Below are positions 8,621-19,909 of a DNA stretch of 64,000 nucleotides, in pieces. Numbering within the stretch: the stretch's first letter is position 1; every line of letters starts with the position of its first letter. The position numbers and the translations under genes are program-made. The notes beneath the pieces are model-generated. The model made no database searches and was not told where the DNA came from. It was given only the letters and a program-made list of their open reading frames with translations. The DNA comes from Escherichia coli (lineage in GTDB: Bacteria > Pseudomonadota > Gammaproteobacteria > Enterobacterales > Enterobacteriaceae), in NCBI RefSeq assembly GCF_003334335.1, contig NZ_QOWQ01000003.1; one strand, written 5' to 3'.

Positions 8621-8773
8621 TCAGTACATCAAGCCCGTTGATTTATATTCTCTCGTGGAAAGTAAGAAAAAAGCCGCTCTAATAAGTTCTGGCATTGACG
8701 AAAGCGCATCAGCCGCATCATCAGGAACGCCGGAAAATTCTTGTTTCAGGGAATTAAAACGATCATCACGCAT
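8621..8773 (-). CDS. Hypothetical small protein, about 50 aa
   Basis: ATG at 8773 preceded by GGGGGG RBS; overlaps upstream gene stop by 8 nt. Confidence 0.3.
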   Translation of the reverse strand: MRDDRFNSLKQEFSGVPDDAADALSSMPELIRAAFFLLSTREYKSTGLMY

Positions 8774-8996
8774 AACCCCCCCCATTTTCACAATCAGCAA
8801 CAAGAATATTTTTAGCGTCATTCAGCGACCGCGTTGCGGTGTATCGGATACATTCCAGGGCGAATAGTGTGTATTCTTCCCTTTCTTCCCTTTCTTCCTT
8901 TTGTGCAAGCTCTGCTGTGCATTCAATATCAATAAGCGCGTGCATCAGCGTAGTGAGTGCGGCGGCGGCTGCGTCCGGTGTGGTTTTATTGCACAT
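8766..8996 (-). CDS. Hypothetical protein, about 76 aa, acidic Glu-rich segment
   Basis: ATG at 8996 overlapping the stop of the upstream gene. Confidence 0.4.
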   Translation of the reverse strand: MCNKTTPDAAAAALTTLMHALIDIECTAELAQKEEREEREEYTLFALECIRYTATRSLNDAKNILVADCENGGGYA

Positions 8997-9216
8997 GTAC
9001 CCCTCCGCATTTTTTTTCGTTAGAAATAAGCGTTCTTCTTTCCTGTTCATCGATCAGGAATACGCAGACCTCACCGCTAAGGCGTTTAAGTAAGCCGATG
9101 ATTGCCCCTGATTCGCTGTCGGTCATCATGCCTGGGTAATCCTCTGCCAGTGCGCAAATAACTTCGATTTGGTGGGCGCGTTCTGCTGCCTGTTGTAGTG
9201 TGATTTCCTGGCTCAT
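8986..9216 (-). CDS. Hypothetical protein, 76 aa
   Basis: ATG at 9216 overlapping stop of upstream ORF (ATGA). Confidence 0.5.
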   Translation of the reverse strand: MSQEITLQQAAERAHQIEVICALAEDYPGMMTDSESGAIIGLLKRLSGEVCVFLIDEQERRTLISNEKKCGGVHVQ

Positions 9217-9413
9217 AAGCCTACCCCCTGACGAATACGGGCAGCGAATACCATCACGCAGCCAGCCGGGGATTGCAGGCGTGCTTCCTGTTCGCTGGTG
9301 GCCTCAATGGTAATCACGCGCGGTTGTGCAGTGCTCAGGGCGATAAAACGCCAAATGTATTTATTCAGGTTGTGCGAGTCCCGCCCTTGCGGGTGTGTGG
9401 TATGATTTCTCAT
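9213..9413 (-). CDS. Hypothetical protein, 66 aa, first gene of leftward operon
   Basis: ATG at 9413 with GAGGTAG RBS; this is the only plausible part of the spurious 340-aa ORF 9213..10235. Confidence 0.45.
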   Translation of the reverse strand: MRNHTTHPQGRDSHNLNKYIWRFIALSTAQPRVITIEATSEQEARLQSPAGCVMVFAARIRQGVGL

Positions 9414-9508
9414 AGCTACCTCGATACTCTCGTTATCGTTGGTGGTTAGAAGCCCGGTTAGTGTTAGCGCACTGCCGGGTTTCGTCGTTTCTGCACCTTG
9501 CGCCAACA

Positions 9509-9566
9509 AGGTGTTGAACACCAATTTAAACCCAGGTGTTAAACACGTCAAGTGTTGAACACTTAT
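9509..9566. promoter_or_regulatory. Three palindromic operators in divergent promoter region
   Basis: GGTGTTGAACACC, GGTGTTAAACAC and AGTGTTGAACACT; last one contains TTGAAC -35 candidate with CATACT -10 about 17 bp downstream for the RHH gene. Confidence 0.5.
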
Positions 9567-9612
9567 TTTTTTTCCTGCATACTGCATTTGTTTTTTATGA
9601 GGGGTACACCAC

Positions 9613-9792
9613 ATGGCGACAAAAGCAGTAAACGCAAAATCACAAACCGTTGCGGCAAGGGTTCCGCATGAAGTTATGAACAATGTTGAGGCGGTAAAAA
9701 TGCCTGGCGAAAGTACGGGGCAATTTGTTACTGCAGCATTAAAACGAGAAGTTGAATATCGCCAGCGGCGCAAGGCCAAAGAACCAGAGTAA
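9613..9792 (+). CDS. Ribbon-helix-helix DNA-binding protein, 59 aa, candidate satellite repressor
   Basis: Not in ORF track (below 60 aa); ATG with GAGGGG RBS; AARVPHEV beta-strand then helices, typical Arc/CopG-like pattern. Confidence 0.55.
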   Translation: MATKAVNAKSQTVAARVPHEVMNNVEAVKMPGESTGQFVTAALKREVEYRQRRKAKEPE

Positions 9793-9834
9793 TCACCATC
9801 AGCGCCGTGGTGTAAGGTATTACGGCGCATTGCT

Positions 9835-10023
9835 ATGCAGGACAACACAATGACCGATAAAGAATTGACCAAAACATTATCACCGGCACGGAAAAGACGG
9901 CGCAGAAAGATAGAGCATGAATCAGAAAGATTCGCGCCATGTGCTTTTGCCCTTGAGCAATTCCTTAAAGAGTACAGGGAAAAGCGCTCATTGCAGGTAT
10001 GGCAACGAACTGAACCAGACTGA
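9835..10023 (+). CDS. Hypothetical small basic protein, 62 aa
   Basis: Lies between the RHH gene and a plus-strand terminator in the same transcription unit; weak RBS. Confidence 0.35.
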   Translation: MQDNTMTDKELTKTLSPARKRRRRKIEHESERFAPCAFALEQFLKEYREKRSLQVWQRTEPD

Positions 10024-10116
10024 TAGCATTGCCCACCAGCCTGATAGCGACTATCATTGCCGTTCTTATGTTTGGGATCACACACACAAACGGCGCAGCG
10101 GGTTATCTGTTCAGAA

Positions 10117-10148
10117 AGGCGGCTCCATTTCGGGGCCGCTTTTTTTAT
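10117..10148 (+). terminator. Rho-independent terminator of the RHH operon
   Basis: GCGGC...GCCGC hairpin followed by TTTTTTTT. Confidence 0.65.
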
Positions 10149-10292
10149 ACCTGAAAAACCCCAATTTTGTTGTTTTTCAGTTTCACCAGGGCGAACGAAT
10201 CCCCGCCCACGTTCTGGCGTATATTCAATCTTCATGGTTATAGCTCTGTGTTCAGATGATTGATGTGTGGCGGCTGCGTGCCGCCAGCGTGA

Positions 10293-10481
10293 TTAATGAA
10301 CTGCCTTGCAGCTATCCTTCCAGGCCAGAACCTCGGATAAAGACCAGCCAACGGAACGACCGCCAAGTTTACGACGTGATGGGAATTGTCCGGCCTTTTC
10401 CAGGCGGTAGCGACACGTACGGCTAAGGCCGGTTAGTTTTTCGCATTCTTTTTCACGTATAAACCGATCAGTGCTTAACAC
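10293..10481 (-). CDS. alpA: AlpA-family transcriptional regulator/excisionase
   Basis: GTG start at 10481 with strong RBS (AAGGGGGG); ORF track extends to a TTG at 10562; EKLTGLSRTCRYRLEKAGQFP HTH typical of AlpA. Confidence 0.75.
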   Translation of the reverse strand: MLSTDRFIREKECEKLTGLSRTCRYRLEKAGQFPSRRKLGGRSVGWSLSEVLAWKDSCKAVH

Positions 10482-10631
10482 TATTGCCCCCCTTTCGTTT
10501 CTTAAAGAGTCATCAGGTGTCTTATTGTGTCGTATTGTTCCCGCTAGAGTGATGAATGGCAAATATTGAGGATGTATTATTTACAGAAAATGAAACAGTA
10601 AGAATAAAATCTTTTAAATTCATGTTAATAC

Positions 10632-10666
10632 AAAGGCATAAAATATTGTTTCATGCCTTTTTTTTC
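10632..10666 (+). terminator. Hairpin plus T8 terminator in int-alpA spacer
   Basis: GGCAT...ATGCC stem followed by TTTTTTTT on plus strand. Confidence 0.45.
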
Positions 10667-10754
10667 GCTCTTTAAAGAGTGATTCGCTAGTGTATAAAAA
10701 ACCAGTGACACATTAAAAATCAGCCACTTATAAATCTGTATGCTTTTTCGCCTC

Positions 10755-10810
10755 TTGTTCGTGGTTGTTCCACATTGTTGCTCATTGTTGCACGTTGTAT
10801 CTGTTCGCAT
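10755..10810. promoter_or_regulatory. Five to six TTGTT(C/G) direct repeats at 10-bp phasing
   Basis: cTTGTTCgtgg TTGTTCcaca TTGTTGctca TTGTTGcacg TTGTATctg TTCGC between int stop and alpA; same motif as at 4730-4756. Confidence 0.45.
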
Positions 10811-10846
10811 ATCCAGTATGCGCATACTGAAAAAACACGAAAAAAA

Positions 10847-12064
10847 TTATTTTCTTCTGGCTACGGGTAGCGTGGTTACGTTTTCATGTGTTCCCGCCAG
10901 TATCCCTAACCGCTCCGTCCACATATCCAGCGCATTGCGTTTAGCATCCAGATAACGGGAATGATTATAAACTCGCTGCATTCCTGGCATCTGGTGGCCT
11001 GTAAGCTGCTCCACGACATGCGGATCAACGCCTAAATCGTTCAGCATGGTTGTAAAGGTGCGCCGGATGTCATGCAGTGACCAGTGAGGATGATTAAGCC
11101 TCCTGTGCGCTAATCTTCCATACTGCGATACGCTGGCCTCCTGTTTCACTTCCCCCAGCAATAAGCCCGTGTGCCTGTTCTGCTCCACCAGCTGCGTGAC
11201 GAACGGCAGGATCGCTTCCGGTATGGGCCGGAATATTGCGACCTTCGTTTTGCTGTGCTCCTTCGGAACGGTCCATAGCATTTCCGTAAAATCCCACTCC
11301 CCGATCTCCGATAACCTCAGTTCTACCGTTCTGGCTCCGAAGACAATCAGGAGGCGGATTAACGCGACGTAGTAAGGGGAGAATATTTTTTTGTCCAGTG
11401 CCTGCAATAATTCGCCAAGTTCTTTGTTACTTAAGACACGTTCGCTTATATCCGGTTTTTTCCCAACGTCCGCCACGTTCAGATCGTCCAGAACGTTGCT
11501 GATTGCATAGCGCCGCCTACGGCAGAACTTAAGCGCCTGTTTGCACGCCTGTAGCACGAATCCGGCAGTAACAGGCGTTCGCTTTGCCACCTGGTCAAAA
11601 CAGGCCAGCCAGTGCCGTAGCTCGCATTTATCCAGCGGCATAGCACCAATCTGCTGTATTACGTGATTATTAAGTCGCCTTTTCAGGGCGATATAATCCA
11701 CGCGGTTTTCCTTTACGTAATACTCAAGCCAGTAGGTGAGCGCATCGCCAACCGTTACGGGCTTTAACGCTTCCTGTACGGTGTAATTCATCTCATGACG
11801 TGGATTTTTCCCCTCAGCCAGCCATGTGCGACACTGTGCGGCTTTTTCCCTGGCTGCTTTCAGGCTCAGATCAGGATAACTTCCCAGCTTAATGCGTTCG
11901 GGTCGTGTCTCCCTTCCCGTTCCGGCCCTGTATGTGAAATACCAGGTCAATTTCCCTGATGTTAAATATTTCACGCTCAGGTTTCCGCCATCACTATAAA
12001 ACGTGTTTTTCTCCGCTGGCTTACCATGAAGTTTCCTTAGCAAGGTATCGCTCAGTTTGTTCAT
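10847..12064 (-). CDS. int: Tyrosine integrase, P4-like
   Basis: About 405 aa from ATG at 12064 (ORF track starts at a GTG at 12076); P4-type N-terminal arm-binding region and C-terminal catalytic region with HDIRRTF and trailing Tyr; next to insertion junction. Confidence 0.9.
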   Translation of the reverse strand: MNKLSDTLLRKLHGKPAEKNTFYSDGGNLSVKYLTSGKLTWYFTYRAGTGRETRPERIKLGSYPDLSLKAAREKAAQCRTWLAEGKNPRHEMNYTVQEALKPVTVGDALTYWLEYYVKENRVDYIALKRRLNNHVIQQIGAMPLDKCELRHWLACFDQVAKRTPVTAGFVLQACKQALKFCRRRRYAISNVLDDLNVADVGKKPDISERVLSNKELGELLQALDKKIFSPYYVALIRLLIVFGARTVELRLSEIGEWDFTEMLWTVPKEHSKTKVAIFRPIPEAILPFVTQLVEQNRHTGLLLGEVKQEASVSQYGRLAHRRLNHPHWSLHDIRRTFTTMLNDLGVDPHVVEQLTGHQMPGMQRVYNHSRYLDAKRNALDMWTERLGILAGTHENVTTLPVARRK

Positions 12065-12100
12065 TGCTCTGCTCACGTTTTACCCCCTCTTTACGAAAAA

Positions 12101-12123
12101 GTGACTACACCAGTGACTACACC
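12101..12123. repeat. Tandem direct repeat (A)GTGACTACACC x2 between int and insertion junction
   Basis: Two adjacent copies seen directly in sequence; candidate integrase arm-type site or promoter element. Confidence 0.35.
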
Positions 12124-12252
12124 GATCGTTGCACAAAGGGCTACAACGTGAAACAAGCTGGAACAAGGAAAATCACAAATCTGTTGATAATCAAAAACAT
12201 AATGCACAGCCTGAAACATTATGAAACAGCAAAAAACACTAAATGATAAAAT

Positions 12253-13158
12253 GCTGTTATTCTTAACCCGCTGGTGCAACACATGGTCCGCTGGCGTGTG
12301 CCGCGTGTACTGGCGGTGTCGATTTTGATGACCATCATCGTGATGGCGATGGTGTTGCTATTAGCTTATCTGGGTTCCGCGCTCAACGAGTTGACGCGGA
12401 CGTTACCGCAATATCGCAACTCTATTATGACGCCGCTGCAAGCGCTTGAAGCGTTGTTGCAACGCGTAGGGATTGACGTCTCAGTTGACCAGCTGGCGCA
12501 TTATATTGATCCGAACGCGGCGATGACGTTGCTCACCAACTTATTGACGCAGTTATCTAATGCCATGTCATCAATATTTTTATTGCTGCTGACGGTGCTG
12601 TTTATGCTGCTCGAAGTGCCACAATTGCCCGGAAAATTTCAGCAAATGATGGCGCGTCCGGTTGAAGGGATGGCGGCGATTCAACGTGCGATTGACAGTG
12701 TTTCTCATTATCTGGTGCTGAAAACAGCCATCAGCATCATCACCGGCCTGGTCGCCTGGGCGATGCTCGCCGCACTCGATGTTCGCTTCGCTTTTGTCTG
12801 GGGATTGCTGGCCTTTGCGCTTAATTACATCCCGAATATTGGTTCAGTCCTCGCGGCAATCCCCCCTATCGCTCAGGTACTGGTGTTTAATGGCTTCTAC
12901 GAAGCGTTGCTGGTGCTGGCGGGATATCTGCTGATTAATCTGGTCTTCGGCAATATTCTGGAGCCGCGTATCATGGGGCGTGGGCTGGGGCTTTCCACAT
13001 TGGTGGTATTTTTGTCGTTGATTTTTTGGGGATGGTTGTTAGGACCGGTGGGTATGCTGCTTTCCGTGCCGTTGACAATTATTGTCAAAATTGCGCTTGA
13101 ACAAACAGCGGGAGGTCAAAGCATCGCCGTTCTGTTAAGCGATCTCAATAAAGAGTGA
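12253..13158 (+). pseudogene. tqsA: tqsA (AI-2 exporter) 3' fragment, 5' end displaced by the satellite
   Basis: Protein matches TqsA from about residue 50 onward; in-frame TAA immediately upstream at the junction; only GTG/ATG internal starts remain. Confidence 0.8.
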
Positions 13159-13179
13159 CGGCCTCAGCAGAGGCCGTCA
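13157..13179. terminator. Bidirectional hairpin between tqsA and pntB
   Basis: GACGGCCTCagcagAGGCCGTC. Confidence 0.45.
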
Positions 13180-13182
13180 GGG

Positions 13183-14574
<1,392 letters not shown>

Positions 14575-14581
14575 TTACCCC

Positions 14582-16177
<1,596 letters not shown>

Positions 16178-16637
16178 TCATGTACGAGCTAAATGTTACT
16201 CCGTTAAAATAAATTAGTAACAAACGCCCTATAACGTACTGAAAATTATGCCTGTGATCTAGCGCCAAAAATCAGTATTTCGGCGTGAACTCGCAAAATA
16301 TTAACGATTCAGCCGTGATAGTGGGATAAACACCTTAGAACGCCGGATAAAGACTGATAATTGTCTTCGACGGTCGGGTAAAACGAGACATCGCCCCGGC
16401 ACGAATCACTACTTAACATTAAATTAACTTATACAATTCAGTTGCTTCAGTAGTAATGATGCTGATACGGCTGTTTTTTAAGCATAGACGGTCATTTGAG
16501 CAGGATTAAAATTGGCTTAAGGAATGTGATATGAAAAATGACGCAGACAGTTACACCGTTTAAATGCAATAATCAGCCACGTTTCTCGTTAATAACAATA
16601 CCAGTACCTGGTTTGCGCAAGGCGAAGGATTATTTTT

Positions 16638-17582
16638 ATGAAGCTTAAGAACACCCTCCTGGCGTCGGCACTGCTTTCTGCTACGGCATTCTCCGTTAAC
16701 GCAGCAACAGAACTGACACCGGAGCAAGCGGCAGCGGTTAAACCTTTTGACCGTGTAGTGGTTACCGGTCGTTTTAATGCTATTGGCGAAGCGGTGAAAG
16801 CCGTTTCTCGTCGCGCAGATAAAGAAGGTGCCGCCTCTTTTTATGTTGTCGACACTTCTGATTTTGGTAACAGCGGTAACTGGCGTGTGGTCGCTGACCT
16901 CTATAAAGCCGATGCTGAAAAAGCAGAAGAAACAAGTAATCGCGTAATTAACGGTGTTGTCGAACTGCCGAAAGATCAGGCTGTTCTGATTGAACCGTTT
17001 GACACGGTCACCGTCCAGGGCTTCTATCGTAGCCAGCCAGAAGTCAATGATGCCATCACCAAAGCGGCAAAAGCGAAAGGTGCCTACTCTTTCTACATCG
17101 TTCGTCAAATCGATGCCAACCAGGGCGGCAACCAGCGTATTACTGCATTCATCTATAAAAAAGATGCTAAGAAACGTATCGTCCAGAGCCCGGATGTGAT
17201 CCCGGCAGATTCCGAAGCAGGACGTGCAGCTCTGGCTGCCGGTGGCGAAGCCGCGAAGAAAGTTGAGATCCCGGGTGTTGCGACTACCGCATCACCAAGT
17301 TCTGAAGTCGGTCGCTTCTTTGAAACCCAGTCATCAAAAGGCGGGCGTTACACCGTCACGCTCCCGGATGGCACTAAAGTCGAAGAACTGAACAAAGCGA
17401 CCGCAGCGATGATGGTCCCGTTCGACAGCATCAAATTCTCTGGCAACTACGGCAACATGACCGAAGTCTCCTATCAGGTTGCGAAACGTGCCGCGAAGAA
17501 AGGTGCTAAGTATTACCACATCACCCGCCAGTGGCAGGAACGTGGTAATAACCTGACCGTCAGCGCAGATCTGTATAAATAA
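16638..17582 (+). CDS. ydgH: Periplasmic DUF1471-repeat protein YdgH
   Basis: 314 aa with signal peptide, matches E. coli YdgH. Confidence 0.9.
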   Translation: MKLKNTLLASALLSATAFSVNAATELTPEQAAAVKPFDRVVVTGRFNAIGEAVKAVSRRADKEGAASFYVVDTSDFGNSGNWRVVADLYKADAEKAEETSNRVINGVVELPKDQAVLIEPFDTVTVQGFYRSQPEVNDAITKAAKAKGAYSFYIVRQIDANQGGNQRITAFIYKKDAKKRIVQSPDVIPADSEAGRAALAAGGEAAKKVEIPGVATTASPSSEVGRFFETQSSKGGRYTVTLPDGTKVEELNKATAAMMVPFDSIKFSGNYGNMTEVSYQVAKRAAKKGAKYYHITRQWQERGNNLTVSADLYK

Positions 17583-17600
17583 CTATTCAGTTACTCCTAT

Positions 17601-17631
17601 AAGGCGGCTTGATGCCGCCTTTCGCATTTTT
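17601..17631 (+). terminator. Rho-independent terminator after ydgH
   Basis: GGCGGCttgatGCCGCC followed by T-rich tract. Confidence 0.6.
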
Positions 17632-17767
17632 AGTCACAAATTTCCCCGCGACCATTGCATGCAGACACATCTCTTCGTAAAATCCCGCGCTTCAGTGGCA
17701 AACTCCATTTTTATGCGTTTTGCCCTAATATTTATTCTTCTTATCACGTTTTAATCACTGGATATCG

Positions 17768-19150
17768 ATGGAAAAGAAACTGGGACTGAGCGCACTCACC
17801 GCGCTGGTATTAAGCTCAATGCTGGGCGCGGGTGTTTTCAGTCTGCCGCAAAATATGGCGGCAGTTGCCAGCCCGGCAGCACTGCTCATCGGCTGGGGTA
17901 TTACTGGCGCTGGCATTTTATTGCTGGCCTTTGCCATGCTGATCCTCACGCGCATTCGTCCCGAACTTGACGGCGGTATCTTTACCTATGCCCGCGAAGG
18001 GTTTGGCGAGCTAATCGGCTTTTGTTCCGCATGGGGATACTGGCTGTGCGCAGTCATCGCCAACGTCTCCTATCTGGTGATCGTTTTTTCCGCGTTAAGC
18101 TTTTTTACGGACACGCCGGAATTGCGCCTGTTTGGCGATGGTAATACCTGGCAATCGATAGTCGGTGCATCGGCTTTATTGTGGATTGTTCACTTTTTGA
18201 TCCTGCGCGGGGTGCAAACCGCTGCCAGCATTAACCTGGTGGCGACACTGGCAAAATTGTTGCCGCTGGGTCTGTTTGTTGTGCTGGCGATGATGATGTT
18301 CAAACTGGATACCTTCAAGCTCGACTTCACCGGACTTGCACTTGGCGTACCCGTTTGGGAACAGGTGAAAAACACCATGCTGATCACCCTGTGGGTTTTC
18401 ATTGGTGTGGAAGGTGCCGTGGTTGTTTCTGCGCGTGCGCGTAATAAACGTGATGTTGGCAAAGCGACACTGCTGGCGGTTCTCTCCGCTCTGGGCGTTT
18501 ACTTGCTGGTAACGCTGCTTTCGCTGGGTGTGGTGGCACGTCCTGAACTGGCTGAAATTCGTAACCCGTCAATGGCCGGTCTGATGGTGGAAATGATGGG
18601 ACCATGGGGCGAAATCATCATCGCTGCCGGTTTGATCGTTTCCGTTTGCGGCGCGTACTTAAGCTGGACCATCATGGCAGCAGAAGTACCGTTCCTGGCC
18701 GCCACTCATAAAGCATTCCCGCGCATTTTTGCGCGCCAGAACGCACAAGCTGCGCCATCCGCCTCACTGTGGTTGACCAACATCTGCGTGCAAATTTGTC
18801 TGGTACTCATCTGGCTGACCGGTTCCGATTACAACACGTTGCTGACCATCGCCTCAGAAATGATTCTGGTGCCCTATTTCCTGGTCGGCGCGTTCTTGCT
18901 GAAAATCGCAACCCGTCCACTGCATAAAGCGGTAGGTGTCGGTGCCTGCATTTATGGCTTATGGTTATTGTACGCCTCTGGTCCAATGCACTTGCTGTTA
19001 TCCGTTGTTCTGTATGCACCGGGGCTGCTGGTTTTCCTGTACGCGCGCAAAACGCATACCCATGATAATGTACTGAACCGTCAGGAAATGGTGCTGATTG
19101 GCATGCTGTTAATTGCCTCAGTTCCGGCGACCTGGATGCTGGTGGGATAA
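17768..19150 (+). CDS. ydgI: Putative arginine:ornithine antiporter (APC family)
   Basis: 460 aa multi-pass membrane protein, matches E. coli YdgI/ArcD. Confidence 0.9.
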   Translation: MEKKLGLSALTALVLSSMLGAGVFSLPQNMAAVASPAALLIGWGITGAGILLLAFAMLILTRIRPELDGGIFTYAREGFGELIGFCSAWGYWLCAVIANVSYLVIVFSALSFFTDTPELRLFGDGNTWQSIVGASALLWIVHFLILRGVQTAASINLVATLAKLLPLGLFVVLAMMMFKLDTFKLDFTGLALGVPVWEQVKNTMLITLWVFIGVEGAVVVSARARNKRDVGKATLLAVLSALGVYLLVTLLSLGVVARPELAEIRNPSMAGLMVEMMGPWGEIIIAAGLIVSVCGAYLSWTIMAAEVPFLAATHKAFPRIFARQNAQAAPSASLWLTNICVQICLVLIWLTGSDYNTLLTIASEMILVPYFLVGAFLLKIATRPLHKAVGVGACIYGLWLLYASGPMHLLLSVVLYAPGLLVFLYARKTHTHDNVLNRQEMVLIGMLLIASVPATWMLVG

Positions 19151-19186
19151 CGTTCATCCCATCGTTGGATAGCAAAGGAGATAACG

Positions 19187-19909
19187 ATGGGTAAAACCCA
19201 GCCCTTGCCAATATTAATTACTGGCGGAGGTCGTCGCATCGGCCTCGCCCTCGCATGGCATTTCATTAATCAAAAGCAACCGGTGATTGTCAGCTATCGG
19301 ACACACTATCCAGCCATTGATGGACTGATTAATGCAGGTGCGCAGTGTATTCAGGCTGATTTTTCGACCAACGACGGTGTGATGGCGTTTGCCGATGAAG
19401 TACTAAAAAGCACCCATGGTCTGCGTGCTATTTTGCATAACGCCAGTGCGTGGATGGCGGAAAAACCGGGTGCGCCACTGGCCGACGTACTGGCTTGCAT
19501 GATGCAGATCCACGTTAATACCCCATACCTGCTCAACCATGCGCTGGAAAGATTACTGCGTGGGCACGGACACGCCGCCAGCGATATCATTCACTTTACC
19601 GATTATGTGGTGGAGCGCGGTAGCGACAAACATATTGCGTATGCTGCAAGCAAAGCGGCACTGGATAATATGACCCGCTCGTTTGCCCGCAAGCTGGCAC
19701 CGGAAGTGAAAGTGAATTCTATTGCGCCATCGCTGATCCTGTTTAATGAACATGATGATGCCGAATATCGACAACAGGCGCTGAATAAATCACTGATGAA
19801 AACCGCGCCTGGCGAGAAAGAAGTGATCGACCTGGTCGATTACTTACTTACCAGTTGCTTTGTCACCGGACGCAGTTTCCCACTTGATGGCGGTCGTCAT
19901 CTGCGTTAA
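19187..19909 (+). CDS. folM: Dihydromonapterin reductase / dihydrofolate reductase FolM
   Basis: 240 aa short-chain dehydrogenase, matches E. coli FolM. Confidence 0.9.
   Translation: MGKTQPLPILITGGGRRIGLALAWHFINQKQPVIVSYRTHYPAIDGLINAGAQCIQADFSTNDGVMAFADEVLKSTHGLRAILHNASAWMAEKPGAPLADVLACMMQIHVNTPYLLNHALERLLRGHGHAASDIIHFTDYVVERGSDKHIAYAASKAALDNMTRSFARKLAPEVKVNSIAPSLILFNEHDDAEYRQQALNKSLMKTAPGEKEVIDLVDYLLTSCFVTGRSFPLDGGRHLR

Larger units (their letters stand above)
1..12252. mobile_element. Integrated phage satellite, cf-PICI-like (partial; left end outside window), inserted in tqsA
   Basis: Contiguous block with P4-like integrase, AlpA, replication ATPase plus iterons, SSB, and HK97-type capsid/protease/portal/connector/HNH genes but no tail genes; K-12-like tqsA sequence resumes at about 12253. 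Confidence 0.75.

Noticed and set aside
8547-8867. 106-aa plus-strand ORF antisense to the small-gene operon
   Set aside because: Opposite to the translationally coupled minus-strand genes and lacks an RBS.
9613-10023. Classifying the RHH plus downstream ORF as a definite toxin-antitoxin pair
   Set aside because: Downstream 62-aa protein shows no recognisable toxin fold or motif; left as an open alternative.
9213-10235. 340-aa minus-strand ORF spanning the satellite control region
   Set aside because: Cys/Arg-rich low-complexity translation that runs through the operator palindromes, the RHH gene and a terminator; only its last 66 codons (9213-9413) have an RBS and operon context.
10625-10825. 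66-aa minus-strand ORF in the int-alpA spacer
   Set aside because: Lies across the phased TTGTTC repeats and a terminator hairpin, with no RBS; more likely regulatory DNA.
12077-12273. Possibility that the satellite supplies a replacement 5' end for tqsA
   Set aside because: In-frame TAA directly upstream of the resumed tqsA sequence and no TqsA-like N-terminal coding sequence in the flank.
16560-17108. 182-aa minus-strand ORF overlapping ydgH
   Set aside because: Antisense to a conserved gene; Cys/Arg-rich translation typical of spurious frames.
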